In this document: in pieces, positions 28,526 to 38,827 of the stretch
How positions within the stretch are numbered: position 1 is the stretch's first letter
Layout of the letters: every line of letters starts with the position of its first letter
The notes under the pieces: generated by a model
Database searches by the model: none
Seen by the model: the letters and a program-made list of their open reading frames with translations, nothing else
Told to the model about the DNA's origin: nothing
Assembly (NCBI GenBank): GCA_963703285.1
Contig: OY969807.1
Location: 1,888,001-1,952,000, forward strand
Source: an uncultured Nitrososphaerota archaeon
Lineage (GTDB): Archaea; Thermoproteota; Nitrososphaeria; Nitrososphaerales; Gagatemarchaeaceae
Length of the DNA stretch: 64,000 nucleotides
Direction of reading: 5' to 3'
Program-made: the position numbers and the translations under genes

Positions 28526-28901
28526 TTCAAGCGCAGCGCATCTTCCACTGCTTGCTTAAGAGAATTTGCCGCAAGAGAAGTCATGGCCGATTATCAGACG
28601 ATTCCAGGGGTTCCCGTAAGAAGGTCCTTCGCTAGAACGGTCAAATAGTGACGGGCGGCAAAATCACATCTGTCTTGAGCACCTTCTTCACGGAGATCCG
28701 CGAGACCCTCTTCCCTCGGCTCGACCCCGGTCAGCCCCGCATGGTCTCCGGTCGCACGCTACAGCGGATGGCGGCCGCCCCGGGCGGCGCCCGCAATGGG
28801 CGGCGGGACCGGCGAGCTCTACTGGTGTGTCTGCCCTCCATGTCTCCGTACGGGTCTCCAGCCAAGCAATGCTTTTAACGAGAAATCGTGCAGCTCGGAC
28901 C

Positions 28902-30199
28902 GTGCCTCCTCTCCATCGAGAGAAGGAAGTCGTGATTGAGGACCGCGAGGAACTCATCTTCTTGCTCTCTGAAGCAGCGACCCTAGAGCACATGGTGATG
29001 TGCGGGTATCTCTATGCGGTCTTCAGCTTGAAGCGCGAGAAGATCAGGGCCTGGACTCCGACGAATTGAAGCTGGTCGAGCGGTGGGACAGAGCCGTCTC
29101 CCAGGTCGCAGTCCAGGAGATGCTTCACCTCTCGCTCGTGAACAACCTGCTCACCTCCATAGGGGCCGCGCCTCACCTCCTGCGCCCAAACTTCCCCGTC
29201 CGGTCGAAGTACTTCTCCTCGACGATGCAGATGGTCCTCCTTCCCTTCGGGGAGCAGGCGCTGCGCCACTTCCTGTACCTCGAACGACCCGAGGGCATGC
29301 CCATGCGGGACGCCAGGTCGCTCTCCAGGCACCTTCAGCGGTCCCAGGTCCGTGACCACATGGAGCTCGTACCCACGGGACAGGAGTTCTCGACGATCGG
29401 CCGCCTCTACCGGGCCGTCGAAAACGGGATCGTCCACCTGGCGGACAAGTACGGAGAGAAGCGCCTCTTCGTGGGTCCGACGCGGACCCAGGCGACCGCG
29501 GAGTCGTTCGGATGGCGGGAGCTGGTGACGGTGCACGACCTGAAATCGGCGAAGAAGGCGGTCGAGACGATAATCGTGGAGGGAGAGGGAGCGAGGGGCG
29601 ACTGGAAGAAGGCGCACTTCGGCAGGTTCCTCGAGGTCCATGACGAGCTGCGCGAGGTCACGTCCGGCAACCCGGCGTTCGAGCCCGCCAACCCAGTCAT
29701 ACCTGCCTACGTCGAGGATCACAGCGACATCACCGAGCCGGTTGCGACCATATCGGACCCCTTCACCCTCAGGGTCGCCGAGCTGTTCAACGCCTCCTAC
29801 GAGGCCGCCATGGAGGTCCTTACGCGTTTCTTCCTGCACGTAGACACCTCGCAGGAGGAGCTCCGGACGCTCTCGGGCTCGGCCGTGGGGCTCATGGAGG
29901 AGGTCTTACGACCGCTCGGTCGGCTCATGACGACGCTCCCGGTCGGTGCGGACCATCCGGGGAAGACGGCCGGTCCCGCGTTCGAGGTCTATCGAAGAAT
30001 CTCGTACGTGCTCCCACACAGGCACGCGGCCTGGGTCATACTTCACGAAAGACTCGTCGAGCTGGCTGACTTCTCGGCCAAGCTGAAAGCCCCGCCGAGC
30101 GCCGAGGGCAGACTTGAGCCCGTCAGCGACTCGCTCAGGACCCTCGCCTCCAGGCTCGAGACCCACGCCCAGGCGGACCACGTCTTCGGCCAAGCCTAG
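28902..30199 (+). CDS. Ferritin-like domain protein (VioB/RebD-associated type), frameshifted near 29040 (pseudogene or assembly error)
   Basis: EAATLEHMVMCGYLYAVFSLK in one frame continues as VAVQEMLHLSLVNNLLTSIG...FLYLERP...EGEG...AHFGRF in the -1 frame. Confidence 0.7.
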
Positions 30200-30217
30200 G
30201 GCGGATCGGGGCCGGCG

Positions 30218-30538
30218 CTAGGTAGACCTCTTCGTCGTCAGGCTCGAGAAGAGTTGGACGATTCGGTAGATCATGAACAGGAAAATGCCCATGGAGATTG
30301 CGTCCACAAGGGGATGGAGCTGCACCGCCGGCCCGGCGGTGACGTAGTATTCTAGAAACAGCGCGACCGACGTGTAGACGGCAAAGACCAGGAAGATCCT
30401 GCCTATCGATGCGAGGTCCCTGATCAGCCTTTCAGGGACCCGCACCCCCTGAGATCCGAGCGACTCTATCAGCGGGAGAAAGGACAGGATTATCGCCGCG
30501 ACCACAACGCCAGAACCCAGGAGGGTGTCAAGAAACAA
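30218..30538 (-). CDS. Small 3-TM membrane protein
   Basis: Three hydrophobic stretches; overlaps the end of the upstream TPR gene. Confidence 0.5.
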   Translation of the reverse strand: MFLDTLLGSGVVVAAIILSFLPLIESLGSQGVRVPERLIRDLASIGRIFLVFAVYTSVALFLEYYVTAGPAVQLHPLVDAISMGIFLFMIYRIVQLFSSLTTKRST

Positions 30539-32420
30539 GTTCGCTCATCTTGTCCGGGTCGGAGACGACATGGAGCGGAAACCTGGCTCCCGAAAGCTTG
30601 TCGGCATATTCCTTCACCTCGTTCGGGGGCTCGCGCTCGGAGAGGAGCACGCCGAACCTGACGTTGTAGTCGAAGTTCGAGCGGGCCAGGAGCTTCAGCT
30701 TGTCGTGGAGCCCCTCCACCGTCGCTTTGGTCGCCTGCTCACAGTAGTCGCATAATATGTACTGCGAGCTCTCCTCGTTGTATGTCGTCAATCTGAAGCT
30801 GACGGTCTCCCCCAACACGACGGGGAGTTTGTCCTCGACCCGACGGTATCCCGACTTCCGGAGGTTCAACGCAAGTCTCTCGGCCTTGCTCTCCCTCGAT
30901 ACAGCCTGGACGCCCTCGGGTACCGTCTCCTTCGCTCCCAGCCCCACCCTGTCCAGCAGCGCGACGAACCTGGGGTCAGCCCTGATGCCGTCGAACCATC
31001 TCTCGACCCTCAGCGAGCAGAGGTAGGGTGAATGTTCCGAGAACGCCACCTCCAACCACTCGATGGCCCTGTCGGTCTCCCCAAGGCAGGCGTGCATGCC
31101 TGCGAGCGCCACGGGGGGGATGTGGACGGCGCTGGTGTTCCGCTGGTCCGACACGACCCGTGACATCACTTCTCTGGCTTCGCGTGACCTCCCGGCGCTC
31201 GCGTAGGCGTAGCAGAGGTCCGTCATGAACATCACGTTGTTCGGGTCGAGCTGCATTGCCTTCTTGATCTCGTCCAAGCCTCCGTCGAACTTGCCTCCTT
31301 TGCAGAGGGCGAGACCAAGATTGTCGTGCGCGAATGCTGCGCCGGGGTCAATCTCTATGGCCCTCCCGAGCCTCTCGATGGCCTCGCCGTTCCTCCCAGC
31401 AATGTAGAGTATCGATCCGGCCACCTGGCTGACGGCCACCGAGAGCGGGTCCAGCTCCTCGGCTGTCTTGATCTCAGCGAGGGCCTCAGCGTTCCTCATC
31501 AGGTTGATCAGGAGCAGCGCGTACCGGTAGTGAGCTTCGGCGCTGTTCGGGCTCATCTCTATGGCGCGCTTGAATTCGGCCTCTGCGCCTGACCAGTCCC
31601 AATCCGCGTCCATCAGCAGCCTCCCCATGAGCATGTGCGCCGCGTCCAGGTGGTCGTCTATCTCGATGGCCCGCCTTAGGAGCGGCCTGGCCTTCTCGAA
31701 CCCTTCACCGGGCGTGACGAAGCCGAAGAAGCCCAAGAGCATCGCGCACTGGGCGGACATCGCATAGGCTGATGCGAACCGTTCATCAAGCTTCGTCGCC
31801 TGTTCGAAGAGTTCAGCGGCCTTCCTGACCTCCGGCTCCGAGTATCTGGTGAGGTGGTACCTCCCCTTCAGGTAGAGATTGTACGCCTCGGGGTTGGATG
31901 TCGGGCTCTTCCTGAGACTCCGTCTCTCGGATTCCAGCAGCTTGACCCTCAGCGCCTCGACGACCTTCTCCGCTATCTCGCTCTGGACGGCAAAGATGTC
32001 GTCGAGCTGTCTGTCGTAGGTCTGCGCCCAGAGATGCCCCTCGTCTCGCCCGTCTATGAGTTGGACAGAGATTCTCACCCTGTTGGTCGCCTTCCTGACG
32101 CTCCCTTCGACCAAGGTGTCCGCGGCCAGTTCCCTCGCTATGTCGAGGACCCCCTTCGCGCTGGCCTTGTACTGCATCGCCGAGGTTCTCGATATGACCT
32201 TGATTCGGTCGATCGTCGAGAGGGCGACTATGAGCTCCTCCGTGATTCCGTCGGCGAAGTACTCGTTTTCGGGGTCGGAACTCATGTTCTTGAAGGGTAG
32301 AATCGCTACGGTCTGTCGGTCGATGACCTGAGGCCCAGTCGACAGGTCTCCCGAGGGCGTCAAGCCGCCGAACTTGGCCCCGCGAATAGTTATGTCTTTG
32401 GTTGCGGCCTCCCTTGCCAC
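30528..32420 (-). CDS. TolB-like (FlgO-type) domain plus TPR repeats plus C-terminal alpha/beta domain
   Basis: VAILPFKNMSSDPENEYFADGITEELI...VISRTS...EGSVRK...LWAQTYDR; multiple TPRs; start reassigned to GTG 32420 to avoid overlap. Confidence 0.8.
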   Translation of the reverse strand: MAREAATKDITIRGAKFGGLTPSGDLSTGPQVIDRQTVAILPFKNMSSDPENEYFADGITEELIVALSTIDRIKVISRTSAMQYKASAKGVLDIARELAADTLVEGSVRKATNRVRISVQLIDGRDEGHLWAQTYDRQLDDIFAVQSEIAEKVVEALRVKLLESERRSLRKSPTSNPEAYNLYLKGRYHLTRYSEPEVRKAAELFEQATKLDERFASAYAMSAQCAMLLGFFGFVTPGEGFEKARPLLRRAIEIDDHLDAAHMLMGRLLMDADWDWSGAEAEFKRAIEMSPNSAEAHYRYALLLINLMRNAEALAEIKTAEELDPLSVAVSQVAGSILYIAGRNGEAIERLGRAIEIDPGAAFAHDNLGLALCKGGKFDGGLDEIKKAMQLDPNNVMFMTDLCYAYASAGRSREAREVMSRVVSDQRNTSAVHIPPVALAGMHACLGETDRAIEWLEVAFSEHSPYLCSLRVERWFDGIRADPRFVALLDRVGLGAKETVPEGVQAVSRESKAERLALNLRKSGYRRVEDKLPVVLGETVSFRLTTYNEESSQYILCDYCEQATKATVEGLHDKLKLLARSNFDYNVRFGVLLSEREPPNEVKEYADKLSGARFPLHVVSDPDKMSELVS

Positions 32421-32491
32421 GGAGCCTTCTCGCCTCCCCGACGCGCCCGAGGCCCGTCTCAGCTGCGAATCGGAGCCTTTGCCGAGCTGCG

Positions 32492-33180
32492 TCAGCGCAC
32501 GCTCAGGGTGCCCGTCATCCAACCTGGGGTCGTCATCGCGCCGGCCGTCCCATCGGGTCCAGACCCGCAAGGCGTCGTGCACATCCAAATGTAGTTCCCG
32601 GGCCCGCCAGTCATAAAGTAGGCGGCCACAGTCGAGTTAGCGGCGACTGGGATGTTGAGGCTGAGCTCAGGTATCGTGAAGGTGTGCGAAATCAGAGAGG
32701 GCGGAAGGCTCGAGACAGACTGGGCTCCCGTTATCACGATTCCTGATTTTCCCTCGCTCGAGTTGACCGCGTTGTTGTTGACGACCCACATGGTCCCGTT
32801 CACTGTCCCGCTGACCTTGTAGTACTGGGGGCTGCTGGGCGTCGCGTTCCCCCTGTATCGTAGTTCTGGATGACGACCTCGATCAAGGTGTGCGCGGGCA
32901 GGGTAATGTTCGCAGAAGACTGGAGGCCGTCCGGGCCGACAACGTAGTATGCAGGTTGCGCGCCAACGGTCGAGTTGAACACGTTGTTCGTGGTGATCAC
33001 GAGCGCGAGGACGTATGGCGAGGCCGAGGAGCTCGAAGAAGCCGTCTCGGTGACCGTGCTGCCCTGCTTAGCAGTCGTTATCGTGCCAAAGTAGTATCCG
33101 AGGCCAGCGGCCAGGCAGAGTGTGATGATCAACAGAACCACGGTCACCTTGGTTTGACTGTCCTTCATGGGACTCGGCAT
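32492..33180 (-). CDS. Membrane-anchored cupredoxin (sulfocyanin-like), frameshifted at the G5 run 32849-32853
   Basis: N-terminal TM; NYDTG(G)NAT joins the two ORFs if G5 is G6; SHTFT...WMCTTPCG...AM...GWMTG. Confidence 0.7.
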
Positions 33181-33581
33181 CCCTCCCCGTGCTGATAAGT
33201 GTGCCGAGGGACGGCCAAGAGGCGACGGGCCCGACCTCTTAGCCGTTCTAAGAGGCTTAGGCTAGGACCGATAGTTGGAAGTGAAAGCTCCAGCAGGATT
33301 GCCATCACCAGTATCTCAGCACAGACATCGAGGACGCGGGGTCTCTGATTCAGGACGGCTACAGGGTTGAAGAGGGGCAGGACAGGAGAAGAACGGCGCT
33401 GAACAAGGCGGTCCACCACTACGGATATGCGGAGACCGTGAGGAAGATCAACCCCTCGGGGACGACTTGGAGTACCTGAAGGCGAAGTTCAAAGACCGTC
33501 TTCCGCGTTCGGCGTGACATCATCTACGGATGTAAGGTAGCGGAACTGTCAGTGAGATTGTGGTCTCGATCTACCGCTCAC

Positions 33582-34130
33582 CTATCTCGATGATTGAGGG
33601 GTACCGTCCCGCTTCGCGTAGTATTCGTCGTCCGAGTTTGTTGCCTTTTTCGCGGGATTCTTTCTCAGCGCGCCCATTATGGCGACGATGATCCCGGCGA
33701 TCACGCAAACGATACCGGCGAGCACCAGCAAGCCCGAGCCGACGGTTTCCGCGAGGCTCCCCGTGACCACAATCTTCGTAGTTGGCTGTACCGACGAGAA
33801 GGCAACGTAGTTGAAATCTCCCCGGAGTCCAATGTAGGTCTCAGACGAAGCAGCGGTCGAGTTCGAGGCAATAGCATACGAATCAATATTCGTGGAGTTC
33901 ACTGCGCTGATATCCTGAGTAGGAACCATCCCGCCGACGCTCGCGGGGGACCTAACAACGACCACGGAGTCGTTGAGGACCAGCTCTGCCGAGACATACT
34001 CCCCCGCAGTGGGTTGAGTAAAGCTCGTTATGCTCGTCGTCGCATTCTTCAGGCTGTACCCGCCCACGGCGGCCAGGGCAATTCCAACTACTAGGATGAT
34101 GAGCCCTATCGCAAGAGTTCGAGTCCTCAC
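33582..34130 (-). CDS. Two-TM membrane protein, unknown function
   Basis: N- and C-terminal hydrophobic helices flanking an extracellular beta domain; TATA-like TTTAAG upstream. Confidence 0.65.
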   Translation of the reverse strand: MRTRTLAIGLIILVVGIALAAVGGYSLKNATTSITSFTQPTAGEYVSAELVLNDSVVVVRSPASVGGMVPTQDISAVNSTNIDSYAIASNSTAASSETYIGLRGDFNYVAFSSVQPTTKIVVTGSLAETVGSGLLVLAGIVCVIAGIIVAIMGALRKNPAKKATNSDDEYYAKRDGTPQSSR

Positions 34131-34436
34131 GCGGCGGTCCCCTCTTAAAATCTCGCGCTGAGCATCGGTGCGTTAGCGATCTCGGTATCGTCTCTTGATC
34201 GAACAACGAACTTTGAACCGAAGTAGAAGGTGGATAGAATCCTGCCGGACAAGTCGCATTGGTATGCCTCCTCTTCGGCTAATAACGGCTTCGGTTGGTA
34301 CAAGAGTTGTACTCAACAGATGTAGTCCCGTTAAGGAGATCCTCGGTAGGAAACGAGGAGTATAACACGCAGCCGCGCCATTGGACAGAACCGCATTTCG
34401 AAATCTGTAAATATCTTCGGCAAGACAACATATGTT

Positions 34437-35258
34437 ATGGCTGCCATTAGGACCAAGGATGGAACGCAAATCTACTACAAGGATTGGGGAACGGGACAGC
34501 CCATAGTCTTCAGCCATGGTTGGCCGCTGAGCGCCGACGCATTTGAAGACCAGATGCTGTTCTTGGCCTCGCACGGATACCGCTGCGTCGCGCACGACCG
34601 CCGCGGTCACGGACGCTCGGATCAGCCATGGAACGGCAACGATATGGACACATACGCCGATGACCTCGCCGAGCTGGTAAAGCACCTCGACCTGAAGGAC
34701 GCAGTCCATGTCGGTCACTCGACCGGGGGCGGCGAGGTCGCGCGCTACATAGGCCGGCACGGGACGAAGCGCGTCGCCAAGGCCGTCCTGATTGGAGCTG
34801 TACCACCGATTATGCTCAAGACGGCCGCAAACCCCGGCGGGCTACCCATCGAGGTGTTCGATCAGATTCGCGCCGGCGTCCTTGCCGACCGGTCGCAGTA
34901 CTGGAAGGACCTCAGCACGCCATTCTACGGGTTCAATAGGCCTGGCGCCAAGGTCTCGCAGGGCCTCCGCGACTCGTTCTGGCTGCAGGGGATGATGGCG
35001 GGGCACAAGGCGGTCTACGACTGCATCAAACAGTTCTCCGAGACCGACTTTACCGAGGACCTCAAGAAGATGGACGTCCCAACTCTCATACTTCACGGCG
35101 ACGACGACCAGATAGTGCCGATAGCGGATTCGGCGATGCTCTCTTCGAAGATAGTGAAGGGTGCTACGCTGAAGGTTATCCCCGGAGCTCCTCACGGAAT
35201 GTGTTCCACCCTCAAAGACATCGTCAACAGCGAACTGCTTTCATTCATCCAAGGATAG
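34437..35258 (+). CDS. cpo: Non-heme haloperoxidase / perhydrolase (alpha/beta hydrolase)
   Basis: [28 protein letters not shown] nucleophile elbow, [12 protein letters not shown]. Confidence 0.9.
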   Translation: MAAIRTKDGTQIYYKDWGTGQPIVFSHGWPLSADAFEDQMLFLASHGYRCVAHDRRGHGRSDQPWNGNDMDTYADDLAELVKHLDLKDAVHVGHSTGGGEVARYIGRHGTKRVAKAVLIGAVPPIMLKTAANPGGLPIEVFDQIRAGVLADRSQYWKDLSTPFYGFNRPGAKVSQGLRDSFWLQGMMAGHKAVYDCIKQFSETDFTEDLKKMDVPTLILHGDDDQIVPIADSAMLSSKIVKGATLKVIPGAPHGMCSTLKDIVNSELLSFIQG

Positions 35259-35377
35259 CTGAGGAGAGGTACACCTTTCTCTTCAAGAAGGAGTTCCGCC
35301 GCCGCTTGGGCCTGACTCAAGAGGCCACTGGGACTACGTCAACCCCAATATAAGGTGGCTTTGAACAGTAAATAGGA

Positions 35378-35471
35378 TGGGGCCGGTGAGATTTGAACTC
35401 ACGGTCGCCTGCAGTTTGACCCGTCGCCGGGCCCCCAAGCAGGAATCTTGACCAAACTAGACTACGGCCCC
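35378..35471 (-). tRNA. tRNA-Pro(GGG) with 19-nt intron (35414-35432) at position 37/38
   Basis: Acceptor GGGGCCG/CGGCCCC; anticodon stem CCTGC/GCAGG; T arm GTGAG-TTCAAAT-CTCAC; bulge-helix-bulge at the exon-intron junctions; CCA not encoded. Confidence 0.93.
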
Positions 35472-35537
35472 CGAAGCGCCTCGCGGAGGGAACACCATAT
35501 ACATGCTTTTCGAGACGAAGCCTCCAGTCCGTCGGGC

Positions 35538-36314
35538 CTAGATGGAGACGCCGATGGCGCCGAGCAGCCGCACGTAGCTCTCGTCCGACGAGTCCTCCTT
35601 GTACCTTCTCAGCGCCGCCAGGACCGGCTCCCTGCTCCTCATCCCCAAGGTGCGCCTGACGAACGGGGCGCACCTCCCGCCGATGAGCATGTACTGGGCC
35701 GCCGTCGTCACGTTCTTGACCGCCCTCTTCTGGCTGGCGGACTCGAAGTCTATCACGTACGGCGTGTCACCAGCCATTATCACGTGCTTCCTCAGGTCGC
35801 TCAGCTGCCCGTGGTCGAGGCCGATCAGGTCCAGCTTCCTGCACTGATTCAGCAGGCGGTGAAGGACCTCTCGCACCCGCGCCCTGGTTCCCACGCCCCT
35901 TATCGCACGGAGGTGCTCCTCGAGGTCTCCCCCCTCGACGAGTTGCATCAGCATGAAGTCGCTCGTCGCGGCAAACGCGCGCGCCCCCACACCGATCACG
36001 TTCGCCACCTGCGTCAGCCTGTACTCCTCGAGCATGCTCTCCCTGTTGGCGTCCATCCGCCTGATCTTCAGCGCATAGACGTCGCCCCTCACGAACGCCC
36101 GGACCACGACGCTGACGGTCCCAATCCCGACGAGACCGAGCCTCCCGATCTTCGTCCTCCCTTCGAAGACGACCTCCTCGACGCCCAGCTCCCTTAGCTG
36201 CCCGACCCTGGACTGGGCTGCCTTCAAATCCAAGGCCGGATAGGTGAGGACGCCGAGGTATGGTGTCCTGACGAACTCGTCCAGCCTAATCCGTTCCAAT
36301 AGGGTCTGCGACAA
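35538..36314 (-). CDS. Archaeal RIO-like Ser/Thr protein kinase
   Basis: GIGTVSVV, ALKIRR, DHGQLS, VIDFESAS. Confidence 0.8.
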   Translation of the reverse strand: MSQTLLERIRLDEFVRTPYLGVLTYPALDLKAAQSRVGQLRELGVEEVVFEGRTKIGRLGLVGIGTVSVVVRAFVRGDVYALKIRRMDANRESMLEEYRLTQVANVIGVGARAFAATSDFMLMQLVEGGDLEEHLRAIRGVGTRARVREVLHRLLNQCRKLDLIGLDHGQLSDLRKHVIMAGDTPYVIDFESASQKRAVKNVTTAAQYMLIGGRCAPFVRRTLGMRSREPVLAALRRYKEDSSDESYVRLLGAIGVSI

Positions 36315-37620
36315 ACTCCTCTACGCCTTCGCCCAACCACTTCTCCTTCGAGGTCTCCCGAAGGACGTCCCTTCCCGCCACGACCCTTCCGCTCCTCCTG
36401 ATCGGAATCGCCACCTCTCTGGAGGCTCCGACACTTCCGATTTCCGACTCCAGGACCGCCTCGAGCAGTCTCCTGAGGCTCGTCACCTCCCTCCTCTGGA
36501 GCATGTGCACCCTCCCATCGTCCGCGAGCCAGATGAGTTCGGCCTTCTCCCTGTTCTTCGAGACGAACCTCCCGACCTCGGCCGACATCTCGACTGCTGG
36601 ACCGACCCTCTCCTCGAGCTCCGGGATGCTCTCCGTCCCGGGGAGCAGCACGATGGCGCTCTTTGCCGCGTTGTCCGACAACGGCGCCGCCCTGATTATG
36701 ACGAACCCCCGCTCCTCGAGGTACCTCACGAGCTGCCTCGTGCTCTTCTTCAGCTCTCCCCAGAGGGTGTCCTCGCTTATGGGTTTGTGGTCGAACCTGA
36801 TGACGTAGAGCTTCGGCACGAGCCCGCGCCTGACCCTCCGCCTGAGACCTGTGAAGTAGGCGAAGTCGGGCTCGTTCAGGAACGCCCTCGACGCGAGCAC
36901 CATCCTCGCAACCGTCTGCCTTGAGATCGCCTTGGCAAGGTCCCTTTCGTCGTCGATTGGGTCCTTCAGGACGAGGAGCGCCTCGCCGGAGGGCCTGAGG
37001 CTTGCGAAGTAGCGTAGCACGGCCTCGAAGCTACCGTGCTCGTGGACTAGCACCTCCGCCGCGTACCCGCTGAACCCTTCCTTCTCTATCTCCGCCCCAT
37101 AGACGCCGATGGTCCTCATGAAGCGCTTGAGCAGCCTGACCTGGGTGCGCTTCCCGTCGTCCAGGTTCTTGTTCACGAACTCGACGTGGTACGGCGACCT
37201 GTCGGCGGCGCTCTTCCATTCGCCCGGCGGGACGTCGTAGCATGGGACAACGTTGACCTTGATGCCGTCCACGCTCGCCTCCGTGTACGGGTGCTGTGCG
37301 TACTTCTTCCCGTGCTTGTATCCCCTCGAAGCCTGCCTCCCTATCTCGAGCCCGACGGTCTCGAACCTCTCTTCGTCCACGCTGCTTGCGAGCTTCACGA
37401 AGACGTCGATGTCCGTGAGGGCATCGCCCCCGGGAGGGAGCCAGGTCCGCTTGGCGTACGAGCCGCCGAGGATGACCGCGGTCACCTCCTTGTGTGGAAC
37501 CGACGCGGCCTCCACCTTCCCGAGAACCTTCCGGGCGACGGCGTCGAGGCGCGCCTCGTCCGCCGCGGACGGGACCACAATCTTCTCGGCCCTCGCCAGC
37601 ACCCCTTGGAGCTTCGTCAC
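36286..37620 (-). CDS. cca: Archaeal (class I) CCA-adding enzyme
   Basis: GGSYAKRTW...DIDVF, YAQHPY, SAADRSPYH, GVYGAE...GFSGY, DPID. Confidence 0.93.
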   Translation of the reverse strand: MTKLQGVLARAEKIVVPSAADEARLDAVARKVLGKVEAASVPHKEVTAVILGGSYAKRTWLPPGGDALTDIDVFVKLASSVDEERFETVGLEIGRQASRGYKHGKKYAQHPYTEASVDGIKVNVVPCYDVPPGEWKSAADRSPYHVEFVNKNLDDGKRTQVRLLKRFMRTIGVYGAEIEKEGFSGYAAEVLVHEHGSFEAVLRYFASLRPSGEALLVLKDPIDDERDLAKAISRQTVARMVLASRAFLNEPDFAYFTGLRRRVRRGLVPKLYVIRFDHKPISEDTLWGELKKSTRQLVRYLEERGFVIIRAAPLSDNAAKSAIVLLPGTESIPELEERVGPAVEMSAEVGRFVSKNREKAELIWLADDGRVHMLQRREVTSLRRLLEAVLESEIGSVGASREVAIPIRRSGRVVAGRDVLRETSKEKWLGEGVEEFVADPIGTD

Positions 37621-38168
37621 TTGAGAGCGTACTCCCTGATGTCCGTGTAGACGGGACCGCCCGGCGAGAGGACGCTCGACTTGAGCTTCAGACTGGCTAT
37701 CCTCGTAACCCCGAAATCGCGGCGGGAGTTCGCTTGGATGAACGAGGCCAGCTCCCCGGCGTTGAGCGGGCTCCTCACCCTTGCCAAGGTAATGTGGGGC
37801 GAGAACCCGTGGTCATCGGGCCTCCCGACGCCCTCGAGCGCCGAGATGAACGCCGACGCAGCGCGGTTGATCGCCTGCTCGCTCTCGCGGGCGACGCCGG
37901 CCCAGACCACCCTCGGCCGCCTCAGGTCCGGGAACGCTCCCAGACCCCTAACGCCGACCTCGAAGCTCGACAACGCCAGCCCCTGCAGCCTCGCGTCTAC
38001 CTCCTTAATTGTGTCCTCGGGGACCTCTCCCAGGAATTTCACCGTGAAGTGGAGGTTGTCCCTCTCCACCGGCTTCAGGTCGGCACGCGTCCGCCTCAGC
38101 TCCTCCTCCGCCGCGGCGAGGCTCCCGACGACCTCCTGCGAGACCTCGAAAGCGAGAAACGCGCGCGT
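37617..38168 (-). CDS. thpR: RNA 2',3'-cyclic phosphodiesterase (2H family); probable ACG start
   Basis: Two HxT motifs (LHFT, PHITL); frame extends to ACG-CGC-GCG-TTT (xRAFLAF) with GAGGTG 7 nt upstream, giving 183 aa. Confidence 0.9.
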   Translation of the reverse strand, partial: TRAFLAFEVSQEVVGSLAAAEEELRRTRADLKPVERDNLHFTVKFLGEVPEDTIKEVDARLQGLALSSFEVGVRGLGAFPDLRRPRVVWAGVARESEQAINRAASAFISALEGVGRPDDHGFSPHITLARVRSPLNAGELASFIQANSRRDFGVTRIASLKLKSSVLSPGGPVYTDIREYALK

Positions 38169-38272
38169 CTGTCTCCACCTCTGCAGGTTCCCCGCCCTGC
38201 GCGCTAAATAAGGACTGACTTGACCCGAAGGTTCTATTTACTTTGGCCGGGACGGCGGTGGGGCACGCCACG

Positions 38273-38827
38273 ATGTTGATCATAGCCATCACGGGGATGC
38301 CAGGGGCGGGCAAGTCCACGGTGGCGCAGGCTCTCGAGAGGACGGGGCTGCCCCGGATAGCCATGGGCGACATGATTCGGGAGGAGACACTGAGGAGGGG
38401 CCTCCCCCTCGATGACAGGAACATGGGTGCTGTCATGCGGGAGATGAGGGAGAAGTACGGCGCCGGCGCCGTGGCGGAGCTCTGCCTCCGCAGCATCCAG
38501 TCCAGGGGCGGCGACGTCTTCGTGGTCGACGGCATAAGGTCGGTCGCCGAGCTGGTGGTCTTCAGGAGAGCCGGCGAGGTCAGGCTCATCGCGATCATCG
38601 CCTCCCCGAAGAGGAGGTACGAGCTGCTCACCACCAGGGGGCGCACCGACGCCCCGCCTGACCTCGAGTCCTTCAACGCGAGAGACGAGAGGGAGCTCTC
38701 GATTGGGATAGGGAACGCCATAGCGCTCGCGGACGAGGCGATAGTGAACGAGCGGATCGCACCGGACGAGCTGGAGGGCGCTGCGCTCAGGATAGCGACC
38801 GGGTGGATGAAGTCGGTTGGAAGCTAG
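38273..38827 (+). CDS. Archaeal nucleotide-kinase-like P-loop protein (dephospho-CoA kinase family)
   Basis: ITGMPGAGKS, MGDMIREE, VDGIRS, RDEREL. Confidence 0.8.
   Translation: MLIIAITGMPGAGKSTVAQALERTGLPRIAMGDMIREETLRRGLPLDDRNMGAVMREMREKYGAGAVAELCLRSIQSRGGDVFVVDGIRSVAELVVFRRAGEVRLIAIIASPKRRYELLTTRGRTDAPPDLESFNARDERELSIGIGNAIALADEAIVNERIAPDELEGAALRIATGWMKSVGS

Noticed and set aside
29030-29050. Programmed frameshift in the ferritin-like gene
   Set aside because: No slippery heptamer; a single-base deletion (assembly error or pseudogenisation) is simpler, as at 32849-32853.
32421-32588. Track start of the TolB-TPR ORF at 32588
   Set aside because: Overlaps the cupredoxin C-terminus on the same strand; GTG at 32420 is more plausible.
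33200-33580. Integrase or other gene remnant
   Set aside because: Fragments look coding-like but no recognisable motif could be assigned.
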